Source of the DNA: Podarcis vaucheri
Taxonomy: Eukaryota
DNA length: 64,000 nucleotides
Direction: 5' to 3' (one strand)
Assembly (NCBI GenBank): GCA_965113315.1
Contig: OZ220363.1
The notes under the pieces are model-generated. The model was not told the origin of the DNA. It saw nothing but the letters and a program-made list of their open reading frames with translations, and did not search any database. Made by a program: the position numbers and the translations under genes. Positions 12,090 through 25,083 of this stretch are shown piece by piece. Numbering within the stretch: the stretch's first letter is position 1; every line of letters begins with the position of its first letter.

Positions 12090-14113
12090 GTTGCATCTTT
12101 AGTGTCATCTGAAAAGGCCTTCAATTTAAGCAGTAGAGCAGAGGCAGGAAATCCTCTTGCCTCTGGATATTGTTTGGACTACTAGCTCCCACCATCCCCT
12201 GACCATTGGGTGATGCTGGGTGATGCTGATGGAATCTGGAGTCCAGCACCATCTAGAGAGGGACAGCTTCTGCTCCTCATCCCTGCCAGCAGAGTATACA
12301 GTTAAGATTTCTGTTTTTCAAGCATAGGTTTACAGTCAGCAACTTGCAAGACCGAGCAGGCATGCAGATCAATATGAAAGTGCCTATTAACCACTAGAGG
12401 GCAACGTTCACCAACCAGTGTTTCCTCAGAAAGTGCCACTTCTCAACTCCTTGGAATTGCTGTTCAACTTTTAAATGATTAACTTTCACAGAATCCTGCG
12501 TCACAAGAGCTTGTTTTGTGCACTGCAGATTCTATGGCTCTTATTGTTTCTCTTCCTTGTGGGCTTTCATATAACTATGGGAGAAAATGTAACATTTGTC
12601 TTTCTCTGCAGAAGTTATTTATCACCATGACCATTCCCATGGGAATATGCAGAGCACAATAAACAGAACTCTTCCAATATGCTTCAGGAAAAAGCTAGTT
12701 GCGCTGCACAGGCAAACAAACAATGCAAGTAAGAAAGCATATGCAACAGAGCCGCCGGGGTGGAACAGAGATATAAAAGGCAACTAAGGAGCAAAAAAGG
12801 GAGAAAATACATGATGTACCATGTGACCCTGTCAATGACAAGGAAGAGTTTGGAGGTAAGATAGCAGCAAGCTAAGGGGAACATTTGTAACATAGATTGA
12901 TCTTGAGAAAAAAAGTTGAGCTTTATTTGGCCAAAACAAAGCAAGGGGAAGAGAAAGGCTTTTGCTGTTATTACACATGGTCCTCTTCAGCTGGACACCT
13001 CTTCAGTTCCCTGTTGCATTTCCAAAGATAATCGTTATTCAAACAGCAATTTAATTCATACAAGGCTCTTTGCCTGGGGTGCTTGGATTAAAATATTGCC
13101 TTTTTATCAAGTTATTGTTCTGCAAATTTATGTTTGCAATGTGCTGTCAGAGCAAAAAACCGAATTAACCTCCACTTGATATTTCTCTGAACAATTACAC
13201 ATCAAAGGCAACTGGAGAAGCCTGTGGTTGCAGAGCGGTTACAGGTCACAATGAGAAACCTTGGTCTTTTGAAACGAAACAAGGATAAAAATAAAATAAT
13301 GGAAAAATACAAGAATGAAACCCATTCAGGATTCTATCAGTATTATTGTGTTTAATGACACTTACCTTGCAACCATGAAAATTCAGGCCTATGCATTTTT
13401 GCGGTGTAGTGTTCAGTTGTTTTGATGTATTGTTCAATGTTTTTCTTTTTAATTCTACAATCCCCTCCCCACTCTCTAGAGCAGGTGTGGGGAGCCATTG
13501 GCCCTCCAGATGTTGCTGAACTACACCTCCCATCGGCACCAGCAAGCACAGCCAATGACCTGTGATGTTGTGAGTTGCAGTTCATCAACATTTGAAGGGC
13601 CACAGGTTTCCTACCTCTGCTCTTGAGTATTGGTGGGCATTCTATGATCACCAAGATGTTACTGGACCACAATTCCCATTATACCTGACCTTTGGCCATA
13701 TTGGCTGGGACTGACGGGAGCTGTAGTTCAGAAGTACCTGGAGGGCCAAGGGTTCCCCAGCAGTGCTTTAGAGTAACAGTCCCTCTGGCCGCCATTGGCT
13801 GTGTCACAGTGGAATCTGGTTAGAGTGGTCGGTTACCAAAGATGACAGGCTCATGAACTGTTAATAGTTCTGGAGCTAGGCATTTCAGAAGATCTAACTT
13901 ACTCTAAGGTGCTGGAGCTCCACCCTCTTCTCCTCCTGACTACCGTAGGTGTGGGCAAGCTAAGGCCAAGCTCCTGAAAGCTAAAAAGCTTTGGGAAATT
14001 TGGAATCCCAACACTCACAAGTTGCACAGTTAAATCCAATCACTCTCTGGACAATAAGAGCTTTTGAATGACCCCTTGATGGCATGAATGGATTGAGTTG
14101 TTACAGAACTTGC

Positions 14114-14286
14114 CATTTGCAGCCTTCGACTTTTCATGGCCTTCTTCCTTCTTCCCCAAGCTTGTGTTCCGCAACAGAGGCTTTCGTAGGGATGGGCCAC
14201 TGGTCCTTGGCTCAGGCAATGGGAACAGCCCTTCATCACTTTCAGAGATAGATGCGTCCCCATCAAAATCAGGCTCTAGATCTGAG
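14114..14286 (-). CDS. MICAL2: MICAL2 long-isoform exon (S)SDLEPDFDGD...GHEKSKAAN, ending at a GC donor
   Basis: ttcttag| acceptor, phase 2; AATG|gcaagt supplies the phase 1 required by the next exon; 173 nt. Confidence 0.8.
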
Positions 14287-14974
14287 CTAAGAAGCAAAAA
14301 AGAGAAAGACCTGTCACAATAATAGCATATGGCCAGCAAGTGGAACAAAACTGCCCGTCAAATATTTCACAGCTGCCCTTCTGTCTTCATAAGCATGGGT
14401 CACTGGAAAGTGCTGAGCAGTTGCAACTTAAATATTCACAGTAGCTTAGCACTGATTGCAAAGGCACTAGCTTCTTCAATTACTTTTAGCATTTTCCAGG
14501 AATTTGAGGCAGTCTGAATTTAATACAGAAATCTGTTTCACACCATAGATATTTTTACTAAGCTTGATGGGAACCCATGAGTTTCTTCATCGGAACTGGT
14601 GGGCTTTTCTTATGCCACAGGATACATTCTCTTAGAGATGCATGGATCTGTCAGCCTCTGTTTCTCTCAGCTTCTCTCTCCCCCCCCCATTTTTTTTTGG
14701 GGGGTGTGTGTGTTAAAAGAACTCGAGAAAATCGATCAGCGTTTTAGTTTAATTTACATGCTTTTGTGTGCAATTTTGCCTAATACACACATTTTTGCAA
14801 GTCAATTTCCCTTAATGTGTTTTCTACGTTATTTCCTATGCTATTTTAATTAGTATATGCACCCCCCTTACTCAAATACATGCATTTTTGTACACATTAC
14901 TTTGCTGGAGAAATGTGAATTTTGAAGGATGGCTGTGTTTTAATTCACTGTTGTTTCAGAAAGTACAAATCAGG

Positions 14975-15556
14975 TCTCATGGTGGGAGACACCAGCTGGG
15001 GAACCCTTAAGGGAAGATGGTTCAGAGCCTGAGAATTGGTGGTGGGATGATGATGAGTGGTCAGAGGAAGAAGAGGGAGCAGACTGAGAGGAGGAGGTGT
15101 TGGAAATGGAAGAGGCAACAAAGCTTAGTGAGCAGGAAGAAGCTGTGGCAGACAGCAGTCCAGACTCAGAGGCAGAAGCAGAGGCTGGAGAGCAGGGTTG
15201 GGGGGCAGCAAGACAGATATGAGACAGGCTGCTAAAGATGCCAGGGCGTGTCCCCATTCTGCTTTGACCTGCTCTCATCCCCCTGGTCTCCCAGAAACTA
15301 ACGAGGCATGAAGAGTGCAGAGCATAGACAGGCAAGACAATGGAGCCTCAGATTGCTTGGGAAGGAGCCAAAGGAGGTGACTTAGGGAGCTATGGGAAGG
15401 TGGAAACCATCAGTCTCACAACTGCCTCTTTGGGGCAAGACTTACTGGGAAGAGTTGCTGTGCTCATTAGGCCTGAGCTGTTTCTTTGAGTAAAGCGTTA
15501 ACTTCCCTGACACCTTGTGAGTTACTGCTGACCTGTTCCTGACACCCGCCCTGACA
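14975..15556 (+). mobile_element. Solo LTR (gypsy-like) nested in an older non-autonomous DNA element (~14633-15618)
   Basis: T(c)TCA...TGACA termini; 5-bp TSD TCAGG (14970-14974, 15557-15561); AGTAAA near the 3' end. Confidence 0.8.
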
Positions 15557-16917
15557 TCAGGTAGGTTCACTTTTAAATGCAAACTGAATTGAATCTCTCT
15601 CCTTTCCTTACATCGTCTAAGCTTCCCAGTTGCTCTCCACTTCAACAAGCTGGACAGTTTTCATGTCATGGCACCTTCAGAGCACTCTGAGATTCCCCTC
15701 CTCCCTACAAAATGTTCCCTTGTTGTATCAATTTGCAGTGCCTCAGGAAGCTTTTGCAAAGTTTTTACGTCAATGTTTTTATGCTTCAAGTTTTACAGTT
15801 CTCATGTCTTGACACTTTCAGAGCACTCCAAGATCCCCTTGCCTACAGAATGGTCAATTTGCAATGCAATGCAATGCAATGCCTCACCAGTTCCAATAAC
15901 TGCTCCTCCCATTTGCCTCTATATTTTCATCACACCCCCCCCCCCTGAAAAGAATTATGAAGACACAAACATGCATTTATTTCATTTTAGAAATGAATAC
16001 AGAATGCAATAATTTGGAATAGAAGCAAAGGCACACTCTTAATCGCTGTACCACTAGCATTCTCTATTTGCTTATGTATAAGGTGTATAGAACTTTTGCA
16101 TGTTTGATGTTTTATTGTGCTTTTAATTCTGTTGGGAGCCACCCAGAGTGGCTGGAGAAACCCAGCCAGATGGGCGGGGTATAAATAAAGTATTATTATT
16201 ATTATTTATGAAAACTGTGTACACAAGTTTTGCTTGTTCTCAGGGGCTAAAAAAAATCTTATTTCCCCCCATTTTTTTGCTCCTAGTCATATTTTCTGCA
16301 TTTTAACCAATGTCCAATCCCTTTTTTCATAAAACTTTGCTATCTTTGGGTTTTGGATGGTTCTTCAAACCAGGAGAGCTGCAATAAAGGGACCTAGTGT
16401 GCTCCCCTCCAGATGTTGTTGGGCTCTGTGTCCCATCAGTCCCAGCCAGCAAGGCCAGTGACGATGGATGATGTGAGTTTTGGTCCACTTTAATTACTTT
16501 CGCTCAAAGGTAGCCAAAGTGAAAAACAGGGCAGGACTTCTTCATATTTAGGCGATGAAAATCGTGGCCTAGAATGTGTTGCTTCCCCGAAAACTCTAAT
16601 AGTCCTCAAATACTGTAATTTTTATAAGAGGCAGAACCAGTCTTGATTCAATTAAATCCCTCTCCCCAAAGCACTGACTCAGAACTTTGTGTAGGATGTA
16701 AATATTTCCTGCAAGTTAATCATATGCCCACAAGAGGTTCAAGGCAGCTGTAAAAAATAATGTTCCTGGTGCATCATCCTTCCTTCCCTCATTCCACCTC
16801 CTGTGTTTATTTTAACAAACAGACTTTACAATGCCTGGGTTCTCCTAAACCACGTTTTCTCCTTCCTGCTGGGAAATAGGCTGGTTTCAGTTCCCAAATC
16901 CAAGCATCCCAAAATAC

Positions 16918-17107
16918 CTGCTTCCATCACTGGTCACCATAACCCGGACAGCCAGAAGGTTGTTTTCCGTCATCTCTTCCTCTGGGATAACTCTTACCAA
17001 GGCCCACTCAGAGGACACAGAGGAGCACCTGCCTCTGAAGTCAAGCTCAGGGACGTTCTTGAACTTCTTTGGAGATGCTGGTCCGTCTTTTGGATAGTTA
17101 AAGCCAT
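16918..17107 (-). CDS. MICAL2: MICAL2 long-isoform exon (D)GFNYPKDGPASPKKFKNVPE...NNLLAVRVMVTSDGS
   Basis: tttcctgtag| and |gtattt, 190 nt, phase 1-2; resembles EPTSPKRPKS...SEW..VR..P.EE.....LAVRVLVTSEDS. Confidence 0.9.
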
Positions 17108-17530
17108 CTACAGGAAAGATAATAGAAATGAAAATATGCCACATTGTATTAATGTATTTAGCGACACTGAGTCATTTCTTCAGATATGGTATTGCTACAG
17201 TAAAGACTGGGCAATGTTTCAAATGCTGCCATTTTGGAATAAATCAACTCTGGGAAGCCGGGCAGTTTTGTAGAATACCAACCGTTCTCAGTTCAAAGAG
17301 AGTCCTAGGGACAGTCAGTGCATGGAAAATCTCATTGAGTGATGGAATTGGCCCACAATAGATGTGAACGGTGCTATTTATGTGACTGCAATAGCCTAGA
17401 ATATGTTGCTTGTGCAGAAAGTTGGTATATGGTCCACTGAAATAACTGGTAGTTTGTTGGGCTTCTTTACAGAAAAAAATGGAGAGGCAAAGGTTGCTAA
17501 ATCAGATAAATTTAGCCCCACTAGAATTAA

Positions 17531-17531
<1 letters not shown>

Positions 17532-17583
<52 letters not shown>
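17532..17583. repeat. (TTTC)n microsatellite
   Basis: Direct reading. Confidence 0.95.
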
Positions 17584-17584
<1 letters not shown>

Positions 17585-17738
17585 CTTAGTCACTTCTGAC
17601 TCTCTCTCCTCTCTCTCTTGCAAAAGCAACTCAGACTGACTTACAACAACAAAGCCATGCAACAAAATGACTTTGGTTCAGATGGGTATTCGGAAGCATG
17701 CTGTCTTTGAGAATGGAGGTAGAACATAGCCATCAGGA

Positions 17739-17928
17739 CAGGGGTGCAAACTTGAATAAAATATTTGGGGGGGGCAGGTAAGCCCCACCCTGCATAATCA
17801 GCTACATGACACAGTGAATGCACACCATTTGAATGGCAATGCCCACCAACTTTGGAGGGACCTGGCCCCCTCTAATATTTTATGGGGGGGGATGAAGCCC
17901 CCTCAGCCCCTAGGAGTTGGCTCCTATG
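17739..17928. mobile_element. hAT-like MITE
   Basis: CAGGGGTGCAAAC / GTTGGCTCCTATG imperfect TIRs; degenerate 8-bp TSD CATCAGGA/CACCAGGG. Confidence 0.55.
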
Positions 17929-18869
17929 CACCAGGGTTAGCAGCCACTGCTAGCCTTCACCTCCATGAATTTGTGCTTTTAGAGCCATCTAAAGTGGTGG
18001 CCTCACTGCCTTTTGTGAGAACAAACTCTGTAATTCAACAATGCACCTTTGTGAAGTGCTTCCTAATTTTTGGCCCAAAGCCTCCAACATTCCGCACCAT
18101 CACATGTCCATGACTTTAGTATTCTGGAGAAAAACTTCTCTATGCCTGCTTTCTCCATGCCATGTATAATTTTATACACTCCTGTCATGTCTCTTCTTAC
18201 TCATATGGGGGCCTGCAGACTATTTTGGGGTGGGGATTCTGTTCGCCATTGCCTACTGGCAAATTCAGGTTTCACAGCTCCAATTCATCTAGCACTCTCG
18301 TGTGACAAAACCCAATCCCTGCCCCCACACCAGACTTCTGGAGACAAGGCAAGAGATGGGGAATGAACTAGAAAATGAGGGGAAACAGTTGCTTGACACA
18401 ACATCCTATAACCTCTCTGTGCACAGAACAAATGCTCAATAAACAGGTTGTCTGGAAGCTTCCCATATATAGACTCTGACGCCTGGGGGCTGAGGCAGTT
18501 TTGCCCCCCCCCAATATTTTCATTTTGAGGGCGCAAGGTCCCCTCGATGTTCAGAGGACATTGCCTGAAGTTGCATCGTCTGAAGAAGCTGATGCCTCTG
18601 TCCCCGTGTTGATGGTTTCTCAAAGACCAACAGAGGAGGTCAGAACTCTTTGGAAATGTCAAGATGCTCAAAAGGGGACTTGGAGAACAAGTCCTCAGGA
18701 ACAGCGTGAGTTCATATTAGAACACGCACTGTGAACTAATTGCACATTTGCACACGGAAGACAGGCTAAAGCCAAATAGCAGAAAACAGAAGCGTAACAG
18801 GCAGGGAGGAGGGTTGTGCACAAGGGATTATGACGCAAGCGCAAATGTTTGCCTGTGGGACTGTTTTGA

Positions 18870-19220
18870 GCAGCTGTTCCATGCCTATAATTATCACAGC
18901 ACTCTCCTTGCATTCTCAAACTGCCACCCTACATATCTTTTGGCCCGTACACAAAAGGCAAGCTCTTGAAAAGCTCTGCAACTGACAATGGAAACATATT
19001 GCAAAGCTGCCTATCTATAAGCAGAGCCATCATCTGGGACCGAACTGCAACTGTGACACTGACTTGCCCTTCAGATCGTTCATCCTTCCTCTCGCTACCA
19101 GTTTCTATTGAAATAAAGGTCATGATCGCAACAGGCTGTGGTATGGCTACTCTGGTCCTTCTGTTCACTGACCTCATGCAGCCAGACTCCTTGTTACAAG
19201 TACAGAAAATCTCAGCAGGT
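18870..19220 (-). pseudogene. Decayed Ty3/gypsy gag zinc-knuckle and aspartic protease relic
   Basis: Minus frame reads PAEIFCTCNKESGCMRS...VSVTVAVRSQMMALLIDRQLCNMFPLSVAELF...*GGSLRMQGEC; pattern resembles the CCHC knuckle plus LID(TG)..CN..P.S protease with the catalytic motif disrupted. Confidence 0.4.
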
Positions 19221-20113
19221 CACAGACAAACCCCCTCCCCATCGCTGGTTATTTTGATGCCTTCCTGCTGGCCTCTCCCTCCAAAAGAGAGACATAAAAG
19301 GGCTCAGTTTATAAAAACAGGTGAAAGAAGAAGAAGAAGAAAAGGGGGGGGGAATCAATTCTCAGTGGCAGATGTGATTTTCAAGAAAAGTATAACCTAC
19401 TGTTCCAACACAATTAAGGAGCCTCACTCACCAATGTTGAGCATGAACTTGATTCAGGCTGGAAAGAGTTTAGGAGGGTCTTTGAGAGACATTCATTGTC
19501 AGAAGGTGGGATAAAAACATAGCCAAGAAACTAAATATACCTGCACACTTCAGTTCCATTAAGTTCAATGTGCTCAATGTGTCCTACACTTTGTTTAGAT
19601 TGCATGGATGGAATACTCTATAAAACCATGATAGTCATCTGCCTTTCTTCCATCATAGAACCCAAGGTGGTCCCCTCGCATGTGAATCCCAGGAGGTCAA
19701 CCATCCAGGAACTGACTAGTATTGTTTTGTGGGTAGAGTGAATGAGTGTATAAGTGATTTCATAAAATAGCAAGGTGAGGCCTCATGTGCTCTCACATCA
19801 CACCATGGGACACGTCACTACCTATGTCCTGGTAGTATAAACCTCGTTGAATTCAGTGAGTCTGCTGCTAGCAGAGCATTTGCAGTAGAGAGATCCAGAT
19901 TAGGAAATAAACGGCCAAGTACTCCTTAAAGAACCCAAGTATCTCTTTAATTGATTAAACTCTATAGAGTAGAACTTCAAGGATGGTAAATTCAGTTATT
20001 CAGACTTCATGCATTCATTTTATGGGCATATCATAACACTCATATAAATCTGCGCTGCAGTGGAACACTGTACAGGTCTGGTTGAAAAGAATATTGTAGT
20101 GCTGCAAAATATA

Positions 20114-20462
20114 AAGGTAAAGGGACCCCTGACCATTAGGTCCAGTCGTGACCGACTCTGGGGTTGCAGCGCTCATCTTGCTTTACTGGCTGAGGGAGCC
20201 AGCGTACAGCTTCCAGGTCATGTGGCCAGCATGACTAAGCCACTTCTGGCGAACCAGAGCAGCGCACGGAAATGCCGTTTACCTTCCCGCCGGAGCGGTA
20301 CCTATTTATCTACTTGCACTTTGACGTGCTTTCAAACTGCTAGGTTGGCAGGAGCAGGGACCGAGCAACGGGAGCTCACCCCCTCACGGGGATTCAAACC
20401 CCTGACCTTCTGATCGGCAAGTCCTAGGCTCTGTGGTTTAACCCACAGCGCCACCCGTGTCC
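20114..20462 (-). mobile_element. Full-length Sauria SINE
   Basis: tRNA-like head with A box TGGCGCTGTGG and B box GGTTTGAATCC on the minus strand; ACCTTT tail; TSD CTGCAAAA(T/G)ATA. Confidence 0.95.
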
Positions 20463-21493
20463 CTGCAAAAGATACAGACAGCCAAAATAATCAGAGGCCT
20501 GGAGCACATTCCCAACAAGAAAAGTCCATGTTTCTTTCTGAGATTTTGTGTCAGTAAATAAGGAAATTAAAGTTATATGAGCGTAGAGAACAGGAGTCAG
20601 AGTGAGAACCAAGTATTTCAGAAGTAGGAATTTCAAACTGTGCTGCAATTCTACAAAATTAGGCAAACTTGCACACCCCTGCACATGTGTGCACATACTG
20701 ATTTTGTCGAATTTTTGTTGTTTTTGAGAGCACAAGACACAAAGAAGCAGAAGCCTGTCTGTCCATAAAATTACTAGCTACAGTATTACTGTTTCTGCCC
20801 ACTAAAAGTGACACTAGAAATTTGAAATGAGATCTTTATTGCCTCCTGCCATAAAGCCTTTCAGGACCATGGTAAACATGGTGAATAAATGAGAGATGAC
20901 ATCTCTCTGCAGGGAGGGAATCCACAAAGCTGTAAATATCTTGGTCCCAGCAGGACAGACAGAAGCTGGGGTGCTAAGGAGATATTGTTAATTACTTTAC
21001 AAAGACAGGGTGATTACCAAGAGAGCTGTGCAAATTGCACATAACATTCCTTGGCCGAAGGTTCCATTAAATCACAGACTGACTGTGAATTTTTGCATTA
21101 CACTCATATGTAGAACAGATATGGAAGAATGCAGAATATACTAATTGTATGCATGGCCAGTGGTAAAATGCATAGAAGACGACTTCTTCTTCTTTGGCAA
21201 TCACTTGTAGCCGAGTAAGATTGTCTTCCATAAACACAGTTTTAACAATGAGTCCATAAGTGACTGTGGAGGCCAATTCTGGACCCACACCTCCTTCCAC
21301 AGTGGGGACATTGGTTCCCAGGTGGGAGTTGATCACAGTGTGGATTTGCCAAGCGTGCCTTCCTCTTAGCATGTTTCTCCCTTGCATTTTGAGTTCGAGT
21401 GTCTTCAAAGTCTATGACACCTTTGGTGTCTTAAACTAACTTTCAAGTTACAGCAAAAATATGTTACTCTGGGATTGGTCTGAATGCACTCAC

Positions 21494-21533
21494 TGGGCAG
21501 TGATTCTTCATTCTCACTTTCTTTACCTGGGAC
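21494..21533 (-). CDS. Candidate 40-nt exon VPGKESENEESLP (phase 0-1) bridging the 26492 ATG to the 17107 exon
   Basis: tatttacag| and CCCA|gtgagt; GAA-rich (splicing-enhancer-like); phases fit both neighbours. Confidence 0.45.
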
Positions 21534-22029
21534 CTGTAAATAGTCTTGGCAAAGCATTCCTGCTCAGTACCCTACTTTTGTTAAGAACATGAGTTGGCTT
21601 CTACAGTGACCAGAGGGTATCTCTTTCTGCTCCCAACTCCTCTCCTTTCCTCATATGTAAATGTGTGTATAGAGTCCAGCATTCAAACAGAGGCACACTG
21701 AAGTTCAGAGAACAAAGTTGAATTCCTTGAAGATTTGGGGGGGGGGTTCCAGAGATTTCTCAATGGTAAAGTTGTGGACATCTATGCTCAATTTCTTTAC
21801 TGGCAAATAAATACAAATACTACAAAATGGTAAAAAGCCTCCAGTAACTTTCATCTACCCGCAATGTGAAAGAGATTCAGTGCAATCATGTGTGGGTTGA
21901 ATTGGTTTGTTTGTTGCTTGTATAGGATATTTGTTTTTTAATGTTTGACGTTTTGTTGTGTTTTTATTTCTGTTGTAAGCCACCCAGAGTGGCTGGGAAA
22001 CCCAGCCTGATGGGCGGGATATATTAAAA

Positions 22030-22267
22030 AAGTAAAGGGACCCCTGACCATTAGGTCCAGTTGTGACCGACTCTGGGGTTGCGGCACTCATCTCGCTTTA
22101 TTGGCCGAGGGAGCCGGCGTACAGCTCATGTGGCCAGCATGACTAAGCCACTTCTGGCGAACCAGAGCAGCACACAGAAACGCTGTATACCTTCCCGCCG
22201 GAGTGGTACCTATTTATCTACTTGCACTTTGACATGCTTTCAAACTGCTAGGTTGGCAGGAGCAGCC
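22030..22267 (-). mobile_element. Sauria SINE, truncated, abutting an L2 3' end (~21935-22025)
   Basis: Sequence nearly identical to 20114-20360. Confidence 0.88.
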
Positions 22268-23657
22268 ATATTTATTTTATTATTCCAAAATAAATATGTT
22301 GGTCTTCAGGGCAGCCCAAGATTTTTTTAATGATTCTCGTTCAAAAGGAGACCAAAGCCCATCTAGTTTGCACTGCGAATTGTCTACGCTGACTGGCAGT
22401 GGTGCTCCAGGACTTCAGACAGAGGATATTTCCAGTTCCACCTGGAGATGCCAAGGGCTGAACCTGGGACCTTTTGCATGCAAGACAGATGCTCCCTAAC
22501 TTTCTCTCTTTCTCTCTCTCACAGGCAGGTTCATGCTTCAATTCTACACTCGCAGGGGGAAAACAGTTCTGTGTAAGGATGCAGCTGGGAATGGAGTGTT
22601 GGGAAGGGAAGAGGAAATAAATCAAGCAGCTGAATGGAGGAAGCCCAACTGAAGGCAGGAAAATCTAGATGGGAAAGGAAGCAATATGGTGCAAGAGTGA
22701 TGCACAGAGATCTGTGCTGCACATGGATTGTCTTTCCTGCCAGACTTCCAGCTTTCTTCTTTCTAGGTTTGTGGAGAAGAAACGTTTCCTTTGTGCTCCT
22801 TGTATGCATTATATTGACTGCTAATGTCACTTCTCCATTAACATTGGAAAGCAGGAAAGGAAGGAATCCTCATACATGTAACCTAAAGTGAATGAGCCCC
22901 ATTCCATTGGAGGCAAAACTGTATATCAGGAGACTTGCAACAGAGACTTGTATAAGTCAGAAAGGATGTATCTGTATAAGCAGGCTTCCTCAACCTGGCG
23001 CCCTCCAGCTTTTCTAGACTACAACTCCCCTCAACCAAAGTCAGTATAGATTCCTATGTTACAGGTGTGTTGGCTGGGGCTGATGTGAGTTGTAGTTCAA
23101 AACAGCTGGAAGGTGCCAGGCTGTGGAAGAATGGCAGTATTCATAGGATTTTTATTCTTCTTTGCGCATGTGATTCAGTTTGAAACTGAAAAGTACATTC
23201 TGTCTGCTTTGAACATCAACTCAACTGGTTTCTAAGGCACTTGTTCATCCCCTGGGTTGAGGTCTCCACTGTTTTCCTGTTGCTAACACACAAGCTTTGC
23301 TTACTTTACACTGAAAAGGCTGAAAAGAAGCCAAGCACACCCAACAACAACGAATCACAGCGCAAAATGTTCCCTTGTACAGAACAAGCTGGAGCAGGAT
23401 AGGGGACTGAAAGAGGCACCATATTTTGTTCCCATCAGAAGGAGAGTTGCAAAGCAATGTTTTGCTGCACTGGAAAAAATGCAGTTTGTGACTCTTCTGT
23501 GGCAGCATGAAATATGGAAGCAGATCACTCTGAGCACTTTGCAGAACCGCCAGAACACTGAGTGAAGAGGCTGCAACAGGGCTGGGATAAAATGCTGCTA
23601 TTGCCCCCCCCCCCGTCATTTGCTATCTCACTATGAAGGCAAGGATGGAGGAGGATA

Positions 23658-23857
23658 CAGTGGTACCTCAGGTTACAGACACTTCAGGTTACAGACGACT
23701 CTGCTAACCCGGAAGTAGTAACTCGGGTTAAGAACTTTACCTCAGGATGAGAACAGAAATCGCACGGCAGCAGTGGGAGGCCCCATTAGCTAAAGTGGTA
23801 CCTCAGGTTAAGAACAGTTTCAGGTTAAAAACAGACCTCCAGAACGAGGTACCACTG
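23658..23857. mobile_element. Tc1/mariner-type MITE
   Basis: CAGTGGTACCTC...GAGGTACCACTG with TA TSD. Confidence 0.92.
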
Positions 23858-25083
23858 TATTTTGACACTATTTCACGGGTGGGGGAGATGCCTCTTGTTA
23901 CTGACAACCTTGCTGCTCTTGGAAAAAAAAGTTGTTGCTGTTGTTGTTATAGCACAACTCATGTTCCTGAATATCCTGAACACAAGAGCACTCTGTTCAC
24001 CTGCGATTCACAGCAACTGGTATTCAGAAGCATATTGCCTCTTTTCAGTGATGGATGACTGGGCACCCTTTTCTTTTCTGCACCTAAAACACTCCTGGAA
24101 TGATGCTACACCATAACAGAGCATTATTATTATGAAGGGGCTTCGGGGGTGGGGGGAAGGGTCTACTCAACCGGGAGGTTTTGTTTGGTGATTCCTTTCC
24201 ACCATTGTCACACCGTCAGGCCACAATATAGGAGTTTTTGTTCAAAGAGAAGAAGGTATGTTTTGCTACCCAGGTGTTCTAACCAAAGCAAAGTTCTGTT
24301 AGCTGCGTCAAGAGATCACGACACAACCTCCTCCTTTTAGGAAAAATACAGAGCCTCAATATTCTATGCAGGCCCAATCAAAGATGGACAATACAGCTGA
24401 CAGTGGAAACACAGAAGCAGGAAAAGAACGGAGTGAACTAATAATTAACCTGACTTTTTTCATGTTTTCCTTCATAAGTAAGTTTCATTGGAGGCAGATA
24501 GGCCTATAGAAATACCAGCACAACTATGGAACTTTGTTTCCTGAGGAGTTATTTCAAATTCAGTTGGGTATGTGGGGGTAAGGATTGCAGCCTAAGTCCC
24601 AAGAACATCTGAAGAGGTTCCAGATATATGTCCCTTTCATGTCGAGAAAACAACCTACTTTTTCAAATCTTTAGTCCAACCTTATTCCATTAAGAATTTC
24701 ACCCTCAAGGCATTGCTCTGGGAGAGCCAGGAGATTCAAGCTAAACACTTGCGGAATACACCAAGCAAGGGGAACTGCAGTTCTCATGGAACAGATGCTG
24801 GGTTCCTGTAAACATTGCAACTTAGCCAACTTAAACAAAGGGTTGGATCCTGCAAAGATCTGAAATCCTTATCTACATGCAACACAGCAACAACAATAAA
24901 TCAAATTAGCTATTAATCTGGATGACAGCCAGTTGCCCTTAGGTCCAGCTGTTGAAAGGAAAAGGAATATTTAAAATAAAAAATACATATATTGAGGTAA
25001 AAACAAAATCAAAATAAACTCAGGAATGTTGTTCTCTTCTACACAAGTAGTCCCAGAAATTTATTAATTCAATTCCTAGAAAC

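Noticed and set aside
18501-18734. Plus-strand protein-like ORF ending REFILEHAL
   Set aside because: It begins in a MITE fragment, has no acceptor or partner exons, and there is no evidence of a nested gene.
21067-21408. 113-aa minus-strand ORF
   Set aside because: No ATG start, no supporting splice sites and no recognisable domain.
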